From Rhynchobatus australiae (Eukaryota): a stretch of DNA of 64,000 bases. Position 1 is the first letter of the stretch. Every line of letters starts with the position of its first letter. Under the pieces are notes generated by a model. It was given only the letters and a program-made list of their open reading frames with translations, was not told the DNA's origin and did not search any database. The translations under genes were made by a program, and so were the position numbers. The stretch is from assembly GCA_034780895.1 (NCBI GenBank), contig JAUZTB010000066.1, forward strand, positions 11,016,895 to 11,080,894, given 5' to 3'. Below, one piece after another: positions 39,041-52,296 of the stretch.

Positions 39041-40659
39041 CCTCCCAACTGCCCATGAAGATAGCATTCAACTTCCCACCACAGCCTCTGAGCAAAAAAG
39101 ATGACCTGTGCCCCACAACCAACCATAACAGGCTGTTCCTTCAGTCAGCCAAAGCCAGCAGTCTGAAGCCAGCCCTTCCAGGGCAAGAGCTTCTCATGCC
39201 TCATCAAGGACGTTTGTGTGGACTCAAATGGCAAATGGATACCCTAAGCCTGCCTAATCTCTCCTCAGGAGACAACCCACCTATTCTAGCTATTATTCTA
39301 CTTAAACCTTCTCTGAACTGCTTCCAGTACATTAACATCCATCCCTAAATATGGATACCAATACTGTACTCAGTACCTCAGTTGCAGACTCGTCAATGCC
39401 CTACATAACTGAAGCATAATCTCCCTACTTTTGTATTCAATTCCTCCAGCCATGAAAGTGTATATTCATATAATATGTAATGAAAGCAATTGAATACTTC
39501 AATGGCACACTGCCTCAAACTCAACTCATCTGGAATTTATGTCACTCACCTACTGTTCTTATTAATTAACTATATTAGCTTCATGTCTCCCAACGTAGCA
39601 TACTGAGAATGGTTATTTTTGTCTGTTTCTTACCCCACCCCTCATATTCCCAAGTACCCTGCTAAATACTTGTGTCACCTTTTAGACATATCCCTCCTCC
39701 ATTCATCCCACTGCTGCATATTTATCAACCTTCTTTGTCCATTCTTTGGAAATGCAGCAATAAGTGTCTCCATCTCCCCACTTTATAATTGACTTTCCAA
39801 ATCACCTCTTCACTTGCTGTTTGCACAAATTTGCTGCCACATTTGTCTCCCAATAGGAACTACAAATAACATATTAGCTATAAAGCACTGAGACATTTTG
39901 AAGATAAGAGGCACACAATATGTTAATTCTGATAATTCTAAACAGGGAAATGTTAAATGCAGCTTGTTGCTTCATCAATTAAATACTACTTCAAAAGGCA
40001 GCAAACTTTGAGGATCTGGTCTGGAGAAAAAGAATAATAGAGTAAAGAAATCTCTGATGTATTTAAAAAGAAAAAAAAGATAAACTTGCCAGTGGCCAAA
40101 GAGTTAAGGTTTATAAACAGCAGCCTAGTAGCACAGATGTTTGCTTTCCACCCACTCCAGTACTGAGATCTGCCAGAAACATCTGGGACTTGTCTGCATT
40201 AAACCACATCAATGAATGTGGTACTTTGCAGGAGGAGAAGGACTTACAGGGGGCCAGTTCAAACTCTTTTAACTTCTAACTGGGGATGAGAGGGGTGTGG
40301 GGAGGAAAGAGAGAGTAAGTCTGAATTGCAAAATTACAGTAATGAACTCCCCATTTCAGGCCTGTGGTATTCTCTGCAGCAGCAGCATTTTTCTTCCTTG
40401 AGTTCCAAGAATAAAAGTTGAATGAGTGGAAAACATATCTCTTTACTAGAATTACTTCAACAGGAGACTGCCAACACAAAGGGGAAATTACTTTAAGGTG
40501 ACTATATTCTAAAGACAGAACATCAGATCCCAAATTAATAAATAGGCATAAAATGCTGTATTCTATGAGAAACCGGCTTTTCGTTTGTTGTAAACAAGTC
40601 AATGGCAACTTGGAGCTGGAAGAACAAGAGGTGATCTTATTGCAGTGCATGTCATCCTG

Positions 40660-40960
40660 CAGGGGCCTGACAGAATAAATGCTAAGAGACTGTTTCCTCT
40701 TGTGGGGAACGTAGAAGTAGGGGTAAAGCCTCAGAGTAAGGGACTGGTCTTTTAAGACAGAGTTGAGAAGAATTTTTTTTCTCCGAATGTTGTGAATCTT
40801 TGGATCCATCTATCCCAGAGAGTTATGAAGGCAGAGTCACTGAGTATATTCAAGACCATGATATATTTTTGAAACTTTTTAAAACAGGGGACCTTGCAGG
40901 AAAAATGGCTTGTAGCCAAGATTAGATCAGCCACAGTCTTACTCTTCTGCTCTTATGTTT
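40660..40960 (+). mobile_element. CR1 3' end
   Basis: agcctcagagtaagg...ttttaagacagagttgagaagaattttttt...gttgtgaatctttgg and a tail ending ctcttatgtt. Confidence 0.8.
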
Positions 40961-41569
40961 AAGAATCAAAAATTAAGTTTTAGCCTCTACTCTCAGGTCA
41001 TCTAGTTCAAAATCATTTGTAAAGGGTTAATAATGAAGTTCTACTGAAAAGTATCTCTTCATTTACTATGTTATCACATCAGTACACCTTGCAACTAACT
41101 GGAGTATATGGAGAAAAGAAGAAAATTTAATCTTAATAAATTGAGGAAAGTTATTTAATATTGAAAGGGAAGTTACAGGTTTTGTAAAATGGAGAAGGAC
41201 CTGGGGGTCAGAATTCCCGGAATACAGTTGCTGACAAGCAGCTATCAGGAAGCTGAAAGTACAATGCTAGAGAAGTGAGGATGCATTAAAGGATATAAGG
41301 ATTCTCACAAAAATAAGATAGACAAGACTATAATGAGAGTCAAAATCAAAATTAAGAGAATGTACACTCTATCCTAACTAACACATATAAACCAGAGAGC
41401 TCTGAATATTTTATGTCATCTAACTAATAGTCAGTAAAATAGTGCCTGGTTAGTCAGCAGTGAACTGGACTGCAAAATACAATTCAATTGGTTCCAGGAC
41501 AAATCTAGAATCATTCCAATGTCCCGAGGTGCCAGGAAGGAAACTGGCAGAAGTCAAAACTGTGAATGT

Positions 41570-41735
41570 TGAGGGTGGGGGGATTGACAAGTGGAGAGGG
41601 TATAAAGAATGAACAAGGGAAAAGGAAAGATCAAAGAAGGGAAGAGAAGAGTCAAGTGGAGTGAGAGAGCAGAAGAGAAAATATAAAATGGAGAGGAAAG
41701 GAAATAAAGATGGACAGAGAGAATAATGGGAGATT
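41570..41735. repeat. Purine-rich (GA) low-complexity tract
   Basis: Almost entirely A/G on the plus strand. Confidence 0.7.
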
Positions 41736-44059
41736 TCCTTAATATAGGAATCAGGAAATCAAACCCAACTTGTTATAAGTAGCTTTACAACTTAAGTATA
41801 TTTACCACATGGAGATTATCTCCTTACCTGCAGGAAATTAAAATCTTGTTGATTAAGGTTTAAATGGTTAGCCAACATAACTGAAGAAACCCTGAGAGAT
41901 TTATTGAAAACGTCAGGTGTTCAGACAAAGATCTACAGTTAAGAAATTCAAAAACATTTCACATATCTGTGGCAAAATTGATATGGGAGTGGATTTTTTT
42001 CATAAAGTGTAAAGACAAAATGACACACATAACATTGTAGGGCTGCCAAAACCAACATTCCTATCCTTGATCTCCGTGAAGTGCCACAGCCTCAATAGTT
42101 GTGATTTTTTACATAATTATTACTGAAAGCTCCTTTGAAGCTCGACCCTGATAATCAGACCAAATGACAAATATAATAATTAAAAGAACCTTAAGCAGCG
42201 ATGAGGTAACGCACAAGGGAAAGACAGCATTGGATTTGATTCTAATGAATGAGGAGGAAATAATAAGTCATGTTGAAGTATGAGGACATCTGTTGTTTAG
42301 TAATCACATTATAGTTACTTTTAAAGTGGAAATGAGAATGGAATAGATGATATAATCTATTAAACTGTTTTCAGGGGAAGAAATGAGGGGGCTGGTAATG
42401 TAGCAGAATGTAGAGAAAAGGTAGCAAGTACGAGACAAAGTCAAAATGAGAAAACTTTGCCATAGCTACCAACAGAAGAGCAAAATCAACACAAGTGAGA
42501 AAAGATGTGGAAAGCATAAGGAATAAAGAAGTGCAAAAAACAAACTTCACACAGAGGGAGCAAGAAGAGAGCACAAGCATTACATAATATTGTCATGAAA
42601 ATGGCATAGGGCACAAAGAGGAAAATACATCAGAAAACATACAAAGGACTGTAAGAGCATCTCTGAGAATTATATTAAAGCACAACATGTGCTGCATTCA
42701 CTGTTGCTGTTGGAAAACATGTAGCTTATTTGTACATGTTTAACAGCAGTAACAATGAGTAACAAATTTGCTGATGTTGGTTGAGGAAGGAACGTTGTCC
42801 ACCACACCAGGGTAACCCAATGTTCTTCAAAAGTTAAAAATGATTAATTCTATTTGTAAAAATTGGAAATCTTTATTAAAAGCAGAGCTTCTTTACAAAG
42901 TACAGAGTACTTTCAACAAATTGAACATCTATGACTCCTCTATTTAGACCCCCACCTGCAACGTGCCATCTTTAAACAAATAATTTGGCACATCACTGCA
43001 ATGCCTTGAGATGCCTGAGGCAGTCCAAGAATGAGAAGAATATACCCGAATCAGTATCACTACTACCTGGGTAGACCATGTTAAGTGCTGGGTTTGAGGC
43101 CATGATCTTCCATCAGAAAGATTTCTCGGTATCATCATCAACACTTGATCCACAATAACAATCAGCAAAGATACTTTATTCTTCCATTTACTTCACTGTT
43201 CTTTGTGAGATGTGGATGTGTAGAAACTACGTTACCCTATAAAAAACCTAGACCACACTTCAAAGTAATTTATTGTATGTGATTAAACTTCCTGAGAGAT
43301 GTGATAAAGGGCTAAATATATTTAAGTTCTTTCTTTCTTCTTGCAGTAACTGTTCAAAAAGTGCATCATTCTTCCCTGAGCCTAACATTAAAGGGAATGA
43401 AATTCCTTATCTATGCTACAAGAACCCTGACATTTAAGGACTGCTGTTATCACACTGCACATATTGCAGCATCCGAGCTAGACAAGGGAAAATATCACAA
43501 TTTAAACAGCCATAAAGGAAGTCATGTGTGATAGCATAAAAATAGAACAAGTTTCAAAGGATTTATGCGTGCTCTATCTCAAGCCCTTTCTTGTGACGCC
43601 AATCTGTCAAATATACACAAAGCCGAACATCTTACATAATTTGGCCGAGAACTAGACACAGGAATAGGTTTAAATCTCAACCAAGGTCAATACTCCTGGA
43701 GGCTATTCACAATGAAATTCATGCATACTGATTAAGCTGCTCGCAAGCATCGCTGGATCTAAAGAAAACTTGCTCCATTTAGACCAAATTTGTGAAAGCA
43801 ATATCCTGGACAAGTCAGGATTACAAGGAAGAGGTCAGACAGTAATACCTTGTAAACCTAGGATATTATTCGAAAACTATTATTGTGTAGCAAATACAAG
43901 ACTTTCACTCTATACACAAAAGAAATCCTCTAATTTCACTCAAAGCGCTCACATTTAAAAAAAATTCATTTACTCAACAGTCCATCTACCAACTTAAAAT
44001 ATCCACTCTTTCCACAACTGCTGCACCAAGACTGCAATTTCCACACAAGGTACTCCAGC

Positions 44060-44370
44060 AGCTTACCAACACTGCTTCAATGGCATTTCCCAAACCTGCA
44101 GCTCCTCCCCTAGGAAGGCAAGGATAGACATGTATGTGAACACTGTAACTTTCAAGCTCCCCTCCAGGTCAAGCACTACTTTAACATGGACATATTTCTC
44201 AGCTCTTTCATTATCCTTGCATCAAAATCTTGAAACATTACTGTGGGAGGCCATTCACCACAGGGACCAGCTCATCAAGAAAACAGCCCACCATCATTTA
44301 CAAGGGATGGGAAATAAATGGTGTTCTTGCTATCGACACACATATCCCAAGAATAAAGGAATTGGATTGT
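44060..44370 (+). mobile_element. SINE/LINE-tail repeat
   Basis: ttcccaaacctgc...gaacactgtaactttcaagctcccctcc...cagcccaccatcatttacaaggg...aataaatg; same family as 38140-38375. Confidence 0.6.
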
Positions 44371-45400
44371 GCTTACCTTTTGCCAATGGTTCTGCAGGAA
44401 CCATTGGCTATTTCTGCTCATTGCTCATTTCAGACTTCCAGCTGGTGTATCTAAGCTTCTCATCTATCAGCTTATTAACCACTAGGGCCAACGGTGGAGC
44501 ACTGAGCAATGAAGTGCTAAAGGAAGAGGCCCGAGCTTTCTGCCAGAGCTGGCTGGCATTGAAACCCTGACCCTATTCATGTGAATGGGGTCACTGACCC
44601 CATGAAAAACCCTGAGTGAGATAAATGATTTACTTATTTTGTTTTATTTTAACGTTTTTTTATTTATCTGTAATCATTTTAATAGGTTTTTTGCATTTTA
44701 AAATCATTTAAGTCTATTTGAACANNNNNNNNNNGCCAGTGGTTCTGCAGTAGTTTTGGCAGGAGTAAGCCATCAAAGGCAATCAGGGTATTGCGGGGAT
44801 AAGGCCTTAGGATCCAACATAGGAGCCCTGCTCAAACAACACAACACCCTCCACCACCTGGGACACCTCCTAATACAGATAGTCAGATTGGCTTAATCTC
44901 CACATCCAGGATAGGTCAGTGCAGCAGACCAGACTGAGAATGACTGCAGAATGCTCAATACTTCTACTGAAAAGTCACACCTTTGACATCTGCAGGCTCA
45001 TTACAAAACAAGGACAAAACGAACAATGACACAAACTTCACTCCTGCAGCATCTGAGCTACCCATTCATGTGCTTAGGGTTGCAATCATGCCTGTCAATG
45101 TAAAAGCCATCCTTCAGACACCAATCTACGATAGGTAATTGAAGGTTCAACCAAATTTGCTTACTCCATTTATCCTTTTGAACTAGGGGTATAAGAGGAT
45201 ACAGGAGAGATTGCCAATTTCAACAGAAATACACCTAACTAAATAGACAAATTGTGCTTGCTTAAAAATCAGAGAGATCTCATGTGAGTTTGGACTAGAA
45301 GAGTTCCTAATTTTTTTTAAATAAATCCAGATTTGTTTTGCTTCTATAAGGAAACCACTTAAAAGGTGACCTCAAGTTAAACAGAAGCTTTGATACTTTA

Positions 45401-45574
<174 letters not shown>

Positions 45575-45658
45575 TCAACTTTATTAACAGCAAAAATGAA
45601 ATGAAACTCCTCAACTAACCCTTAGCTGTCTGGATTTCAACAATACCTTGTCCAAAAA

Positions 45659-45767
45659 CTGAAAAATATGGAATACTTGGAAGCCTCAGGCAACAGAGCT
45701 GAGCTCAACCAAACAGATCTGTAAGGTTGAACAAATTGCTAATATGCAGCACCCATATGCAAAACTG
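45659..45767 (+). repeat. 109-bp direct duplicate of 46224-46332, flanked by 17-bp direct repeats
   Basis: 4 mismatches in 109 bp by manual comparison; aataccttgtccaaaaa at 45642-45658 and 45777-45793. Confidence 0.93.
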
Positions 45768-46792
45768 TCCAGCATAAATACCTTGTCCAAAAAAAACAAG
45801 TTAATGATTTTCCTAAACAATTGGGGTACAATTCCAAACATGTGAGGATCAACAGATTCACATGATAGTTATTTCAATGCAGGGTAACCTCGATTAAAAC
45901 CACCAATCTATTTCTCTCTCATTAGTTATTGGCGAAGTCTATTAATGTGTAATTACAATGTTATTCAGCTAAGAACACATAGAATCTGAAGCAAGATGTT
46001 CATCTTTCACCTATATTGCAGCAATATGAATACTTATTATGACTACTGCACCACTTCAACATCTGGTAAGTGAAGGAAGTACCAGTTGAAGTATTGGTGC
46101 ATAGAAACCAAATGGTCCATTCGGCATCCTCTGCTGAACTCACTGATCTTTGCCAGGGCTGGATTAGGGGAACTACAATTAGCCTCATGACCCTTAGAAG
46201 TTAATCTAGATGTTCGAGAACTCCTGAAAAATATGGAATACTTGGAAGGCTTATGCAACAGAGCTGAGCTCAACCAAACAGATCTGTAAGGTTGAACAAA
46301 TTGCCAATATGCAGCACCCATATGCAAAACTGCCCCTTAGGTAATGGACCCAGTACTGCAAAATCCAATGGTAGCAGGAATTACCATCTGAAGAAGGGAG
46401 GGAGTGGTGAAAAATTATACTCCATATTGACTTTAAAAATTTGATCAAATGTATCGAATGTTCTTAAGGGATACTGAAAGAAAACAGGAGCCTTTTGAAC
46501 ATAAGACTTGCACACACTGGTATAGGTTTCTTATTCTGTAACCTTGTTTACTGAAGTAAATTTATTTCCAGTTCCTACTAAGCTCCACCTTCTCTATGTT
46601 TGGAGACTACTTTGAACCCATTATTAATTAGCAGCCTTATTTGCTTTTTATCTGTTTCCACAGTGACTGAGTCAGCAAAATCAATTCAATTTCAAAATCA
46701 ATTATTTGTCCGATACCCTTAGGAACAAATGCACACTTGAAATCCAGCTGCACTAGAAACCATATCACACTTCTGGTACAAATGACTACTTA

Positions 46793-46909
<117 letters not shown>

Positions 46910-48039
46910 CTAAAGAATACAGTTTGAAAAGGTCACTTCAACTGGAACACACTTTCTAAATCTGCATTTATTCAAGCTAATATGGGATGGATCTCATTAA
47001 TGTTATCCGCTGCAATCTGAATTCTTAAAAATACAAACTTGATGGCAAATATGAACATTCTGAATTTTAGATGCGATACTTATTCACATACTTAAGTTGT
47101 TGCATTATTTGCTTTCAAGAGCTGTTGGATCCACCGTGAAAACATTTAAAACTACTTTTGCAACTGATAAGCATTTTTACCTCATTACTCTGTTTCCTGC
47201 AGACCTTCTCACTGTCTTCTATATCATTCCTTATCATATTGATGCCTAGAAATTGGATTGATTAGCACTCAATTTTTTTGTTAGGTGCTAAGCACGCAAA
47301 GATAGTTCTTAACTGGAGTAGGTCACCTTAGTAAAATCATGACCATTGTACAATTAGACAGTGCACTTCCCGCTAGAGGCCATGCAAGCAGATCTGACCT
47401 TTACAACATTAAACAAGCATGCAATTATGTCATAATCAGTACTGCACCTTTCACTCCCTAACAACCAATTCTGGATTTCCTTTGTTGGGAGGACAACTGT
47501 AATCTGACAGTCAAGAAAAAACTGGGAGCAGAACCCACGGAGATTGACAATAAAACAGGACGAGACTCCAATCTGAAATTGATGTATTACATACAGCATC
47601 TGCAATTAGAGTCTTTTATTTTGTGCGTCTCAGCACAATATGCTGCAACCTCTGCCTCACAACACAAGGGCAGGAGGTCACACAGAAGATCACCACTTCT
47701 GCTTCATTTTCCCAGACTTTCAGGGCAACTCTTTACGAAGCTGGTCAGTTGCTGCCATAGGAAGAGGTGCTTGAGAGTCTATGGCCTGCCCATGATCAGT
47801 ACAGTAGCAACTTAGTGGTTGCAAGCTTTCCATGCAGCTCCCGTTGAGGAACTTGTAGCTCAAGAGATATCATTTCTTTTGAGGCAAGAAATACAATAGA
47901 GCTCTTTTCGAAGAATTTCCATCCAATATGGTAATTGCTTAGGGGGGACCAGAATTGATGCTGGCATTACTGTACTGATGCTTAGAATACCTAAGTGAGT
48001 CCAATCCAATTTCCAGTCATGAGTGTAATTCATCCAGAC

Positions 48040-48499
<460 letters not shown>

Positions 48500-49099
48500 T
48501 TAGGATACTGGCATTGAACAGAGATGGAAGCAAACGAGACATGGACAAGACACAATGGTTTTTCCTCTTAATACTGCTTTTGCAGCCATTCAACAAGAGT
48601 TTAATACATCAAAGAGACTTAAATTAGCAGGAGATCCAAGATTTGAGTATGAAAAGATTCAGTTTTGCTTCAAACTGAAAATCAAATATTAAAAAAAAGT
48701 ATTTTCCCCCAAAGTTATTAGGACCAAATAGCAGTTCTTTATAATTTATTTGCTTGGTTGAATATTTTTTATGGCTAGAAGCTACTCCCTTCCCCTAAGT
48801 GTGTATTCAGATGTATACTCTAACCAATCAGCACACTTCATTTTCCCTAGCGTAAAAACCAAACAGAACTGGCCAGCAATGTGGTTCATCCTTCGTTAAA
48901 TTTTCATGGACCATCACTTTTTGCAGAAACCACTTCAACAACTCTCAAACCTACAGTGTGGTAGTTTAAAACTCAAACCATGCTATGCAACGTTGTAATA
49001 ATACGTTTGTAGCCCAAATGTCCAGTAAACTCAAGAACGGCACTTAACACAGAGTGTGACATATAATACGAATTGATCAAAACCTGTGGCCTGCAGTTA

Positions 49100-49520
49100 C
49101 AGGAAAAGGAAGTCTTGCATTTATGTAGCACCTTTCACAATCTCCAGATACCCCAAAGCAAATTAAAGCCAATGAAGTACTTCTTGAAGACTAGTAACTA
49201 CAGTAATGCAGCACCAATTATATGTGGAACATTCCCACAAATAAAATGAATAAATTTGAACAAGGCCAGATGATATTTTTTTGAAATGAAAGTAATTGAA
49301 GGCTAACTATTTGCCAGAACACTGGGGATAATATTCCTGCTCTTCTTCAAAGCACTGTCATGAGACCTTTGGCTTTCACCTGAGAGCACAATTGGGATCT
49401 TATCATGTGAAAGGCTGCACCACTGGTAATGGAGTACTCTGTCATTACACCAATGGAGTGTTAACATCAGCTTTGATGTTTCTGAAGTGGGATCTGATCC
49501 CATAACCTCTGTCAAAGGAG
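49100..49520 (-). mobile_element. SacSINE/Deu-like SINE
   Basis: cttgcatttatgtagcacctttcacaa...gccaatgaagtactt tail and a gaagtgggatctgatcccataacctc head. Confidence 0.65.
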
Positions 49521-49959
49521 CCATGGTTGACACAATTCGACAGGGGATTAATTCCAATAGATTCTGTTTGATGCAAGAGCTTTTTTTATTAGATGGAAGT
49601 TAAAAATGAAAGGCTTCAAAATAATGACATACTCCTTTTTTTTGATGTTACTGCAAAAATGAATGAAATCCAACAGACTGAACAGAGTTACAATTTCATT
49701 CCCCTGGGGTCGAGGATGACATATTTCCACTCCACTTCTGAGGAAGATATCTATGAATGAATTATTTTAGCCTTGGGTGGCTTCTGCACATGAACTACCA
49801 GGTGGTCTTGACCAAGTGAGGTCCTGATCCAATGGCAAGGGGATAAGGGGATCCAAGGTGACTGGAGATCAGGGTCTGCTGCACAGACTTAGTGCATGTG
49901 CACACAGACAAGCACATGAACACAAACACAAATGTTCTTGTCCACACATTCTTATCAGC

Positions 49960-50660
49960 ACCCTCCTACCCTGCTCTACACCAAACCCATCCACTTAATT
50001 GTCCTCAGTTAGTCTCCATCCCTACTCCCCTTCAGCTCCTCCACCCATCCACTTTTTAGCTCCATCCCTTCAATTATCTGCACATCAGCCAGCTCCCCTT
50101 CACTCATCCCTCCTTCTCAGTATCCTCCCATTTTACTGCTCTCTCCCCCTTTGAACCACTGTTGCCTCTCCCTTCCACTTGTCACCCCTCACTGTTCTCT
50201 CCCCTCTCTCTTAGCTCCCATCCACTTCAGCCATCTCCTCCCTCTCAGTCCTTCTTCATTCATTCCTCTTAACAGTCCCCCTCAATAACCCCTCCCTCTC
50301 AACAGCTCCCCCTTTGCTCACCTCTCTTAGCAGCCATTAACTCCCTCCCTTTTCCCTTTGCTCCTTTTCCTTGCTCCCTCCCTTTCACTCACTCTCCCTT
50401 TCAGCTTCCTTCCCTTTTTTAGCTTCTCTCAGCTCCCTCCCCCTCACTCACCCACTTCCCCTTCCCACCCCACCCTCTTCACTCCTTCCCCTTTCTCCCT
50501 TTATTTCCCTGACCTTCCACCTCCCCCCACGTATTCCCACCAACCACACCCACAAACCCCGACCCCAGCCTGTCCACCACTCCAGCTGCCAATTGTTTGC
50601 TTTCTACCATGGTGAGGTCATCTTCTGACCTCCATCACTTGTCCTCTCCTACCCTGCTCC
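49960..50660. repeat. Long pyrimidine-rich (C/T) low-complexity tract
   Basis: About 700 bp dominated by ctccct/ccccttt motifs with very few G on the plus strand. Confidence 0.85.
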
Positions 50661-52220
50661 GGGTTCACATTTTACAGACGAGAGGAATGTATGTGGTCAA
50701 ACCATTTATGTGAAAGGATGATTGCTTCCTTTATCAAATTTATTAAGTTTGCAAAACCGGCAGATGTCCTTTCTTTAACAAAATCTCACCATTACTAGGT
50801 TACAAGCACTATGATGGTCTAACACTGCCAGAATAAATGTTGTGGGTGTGTGAGCTTTGAAGTCTTTGCAAGTGACAATGAAATTAGGAAGTTAATTCTG
50901 ACAAAGAAATTTTTTTTTTGGAGACATCATGTGGTCTTGGACTGATTGATCTAGGAAGTGCAGCAGAAAGGGTGAAGAGATAAGTAAATGAACCATTGTG
51001 AATCTCAAGCCAATCATAACCAGAATGTGCCAAGCTAAGCAATGTGTTGCAGGGAAAAATAAAAACATGCACCCAAGGATAACTCCAACTTTTCCTTCAT
51101 AATATGAACGGTCCAGTCCCAGCACCAGGCCACAGCATTACCAATAACACTGGGAACTCTACTGGGAAAAGTTATCAAGGGAAATTCTAGCTGAATCCCT
51201 CCACTCTGACAGAAGGAAGGATAAATATCTTACCAGCAGGCAACTCTGATTTTTGGGCAATTATATGGCACAGCCATATTTATACAAATAGCTGCACATT
51301 CAGGGGGATTATTTGATTTAATAAAAAGTCATTTGTATTCAAATTCACTGATATTTTTGTATAAACTATTATACCTTTCAAAATATGTGCTTAGAAATTC
51401 AGCACTCAAATGGTTAACATAATTGCTTGATTTTCCAATTTCTTCTTGACGAACTGATCTGAATCTGTAACAAATAAAAATCCTGTGGCTCACTTTCAAA
51501 TTTCTGTTGTTAATTAACTGTAATAATTTTTATTTGATCTTATTTACATTCTGCTGCTGTGGTCTAATTACTGACAGTCCAGCTTCCAATATTGTCTGAA
51601 CCTGAAAAGATTACCGAGGAGAGTCTTTTTCGGAATAAATGAAGCTGAAATGGTGATCAGCAGAAACGGATGAGGCGCTTTTCCAGTCTAAACAAGGTCA
51701 TCCTCTACTTCATTTGTCAGACTTCCACTGTTTTCCAGACTTGGAGGAAAAAATTCTCTTCCTTTTCCTATTGCTCATTCATGGAATTCAATCCCAGAAC
51801 TATCAGACAATTCTACCCCATACTTAAAACACACATTCAGTACAGTAGTCAGAGATTATTAGATTCTTTTTTATTCCTGAAATAGTTACCTCTCAATCAC
51901 ACACACTTTACAGGACAGAAGCCAGTAATTACATAGTAAGGACACCATATCATATTCCATTGCTACCCTCNNNNNNNNNNNNNNNNNNNNNNNNNNNNNN
52001 NNNNNNNNNNNNNNNNNNNNNNNNNNNNNNNNNNNNNNNNNNNNNNNNNNNNNNNNNNNNNNNNNNNNNNCTGCACAATCATCAGAATAGGAAAACATAG
52101 AACTACTTTGTACTGAATTCTGTGCAGCCCACGCAAATAAGTACCATGCAATAACTGCCTGATTATGAGGAGGCATCCCTTAGCAGATACCTATATGTAA
52201 TCATACAATAAACCGCGATC

Positions 52221-52296
52221 TATATAGGGGCAGAGTCTGCCATCATTTAGATACAAGCCATCATATACATAGGGACAGGGTCTGCCATCATTTAGA
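52221..52296. repeat. Two-copy tandem repeat, period 45 bp
   Basis: tatataggggcagagtctgccatcatttaga (52221-52251) and tacatagggacagggtctgccatcatttaga (52266-52296). Confidence 0.85.

Noticed and set aside
50358-50628. Pro/Ser/Leu-rich ORFs
   Set aside because: By-product of the C/T low-complexity tract, which lacks stop codons.
51570-51610. Exon-like ttttcag|GTT CAG ACA...|gtaatt on minus as the preceding VPS53 exon
   Set aside because: Does not encode the expected [22 protein letters not shown]; that exon was not found in the window.
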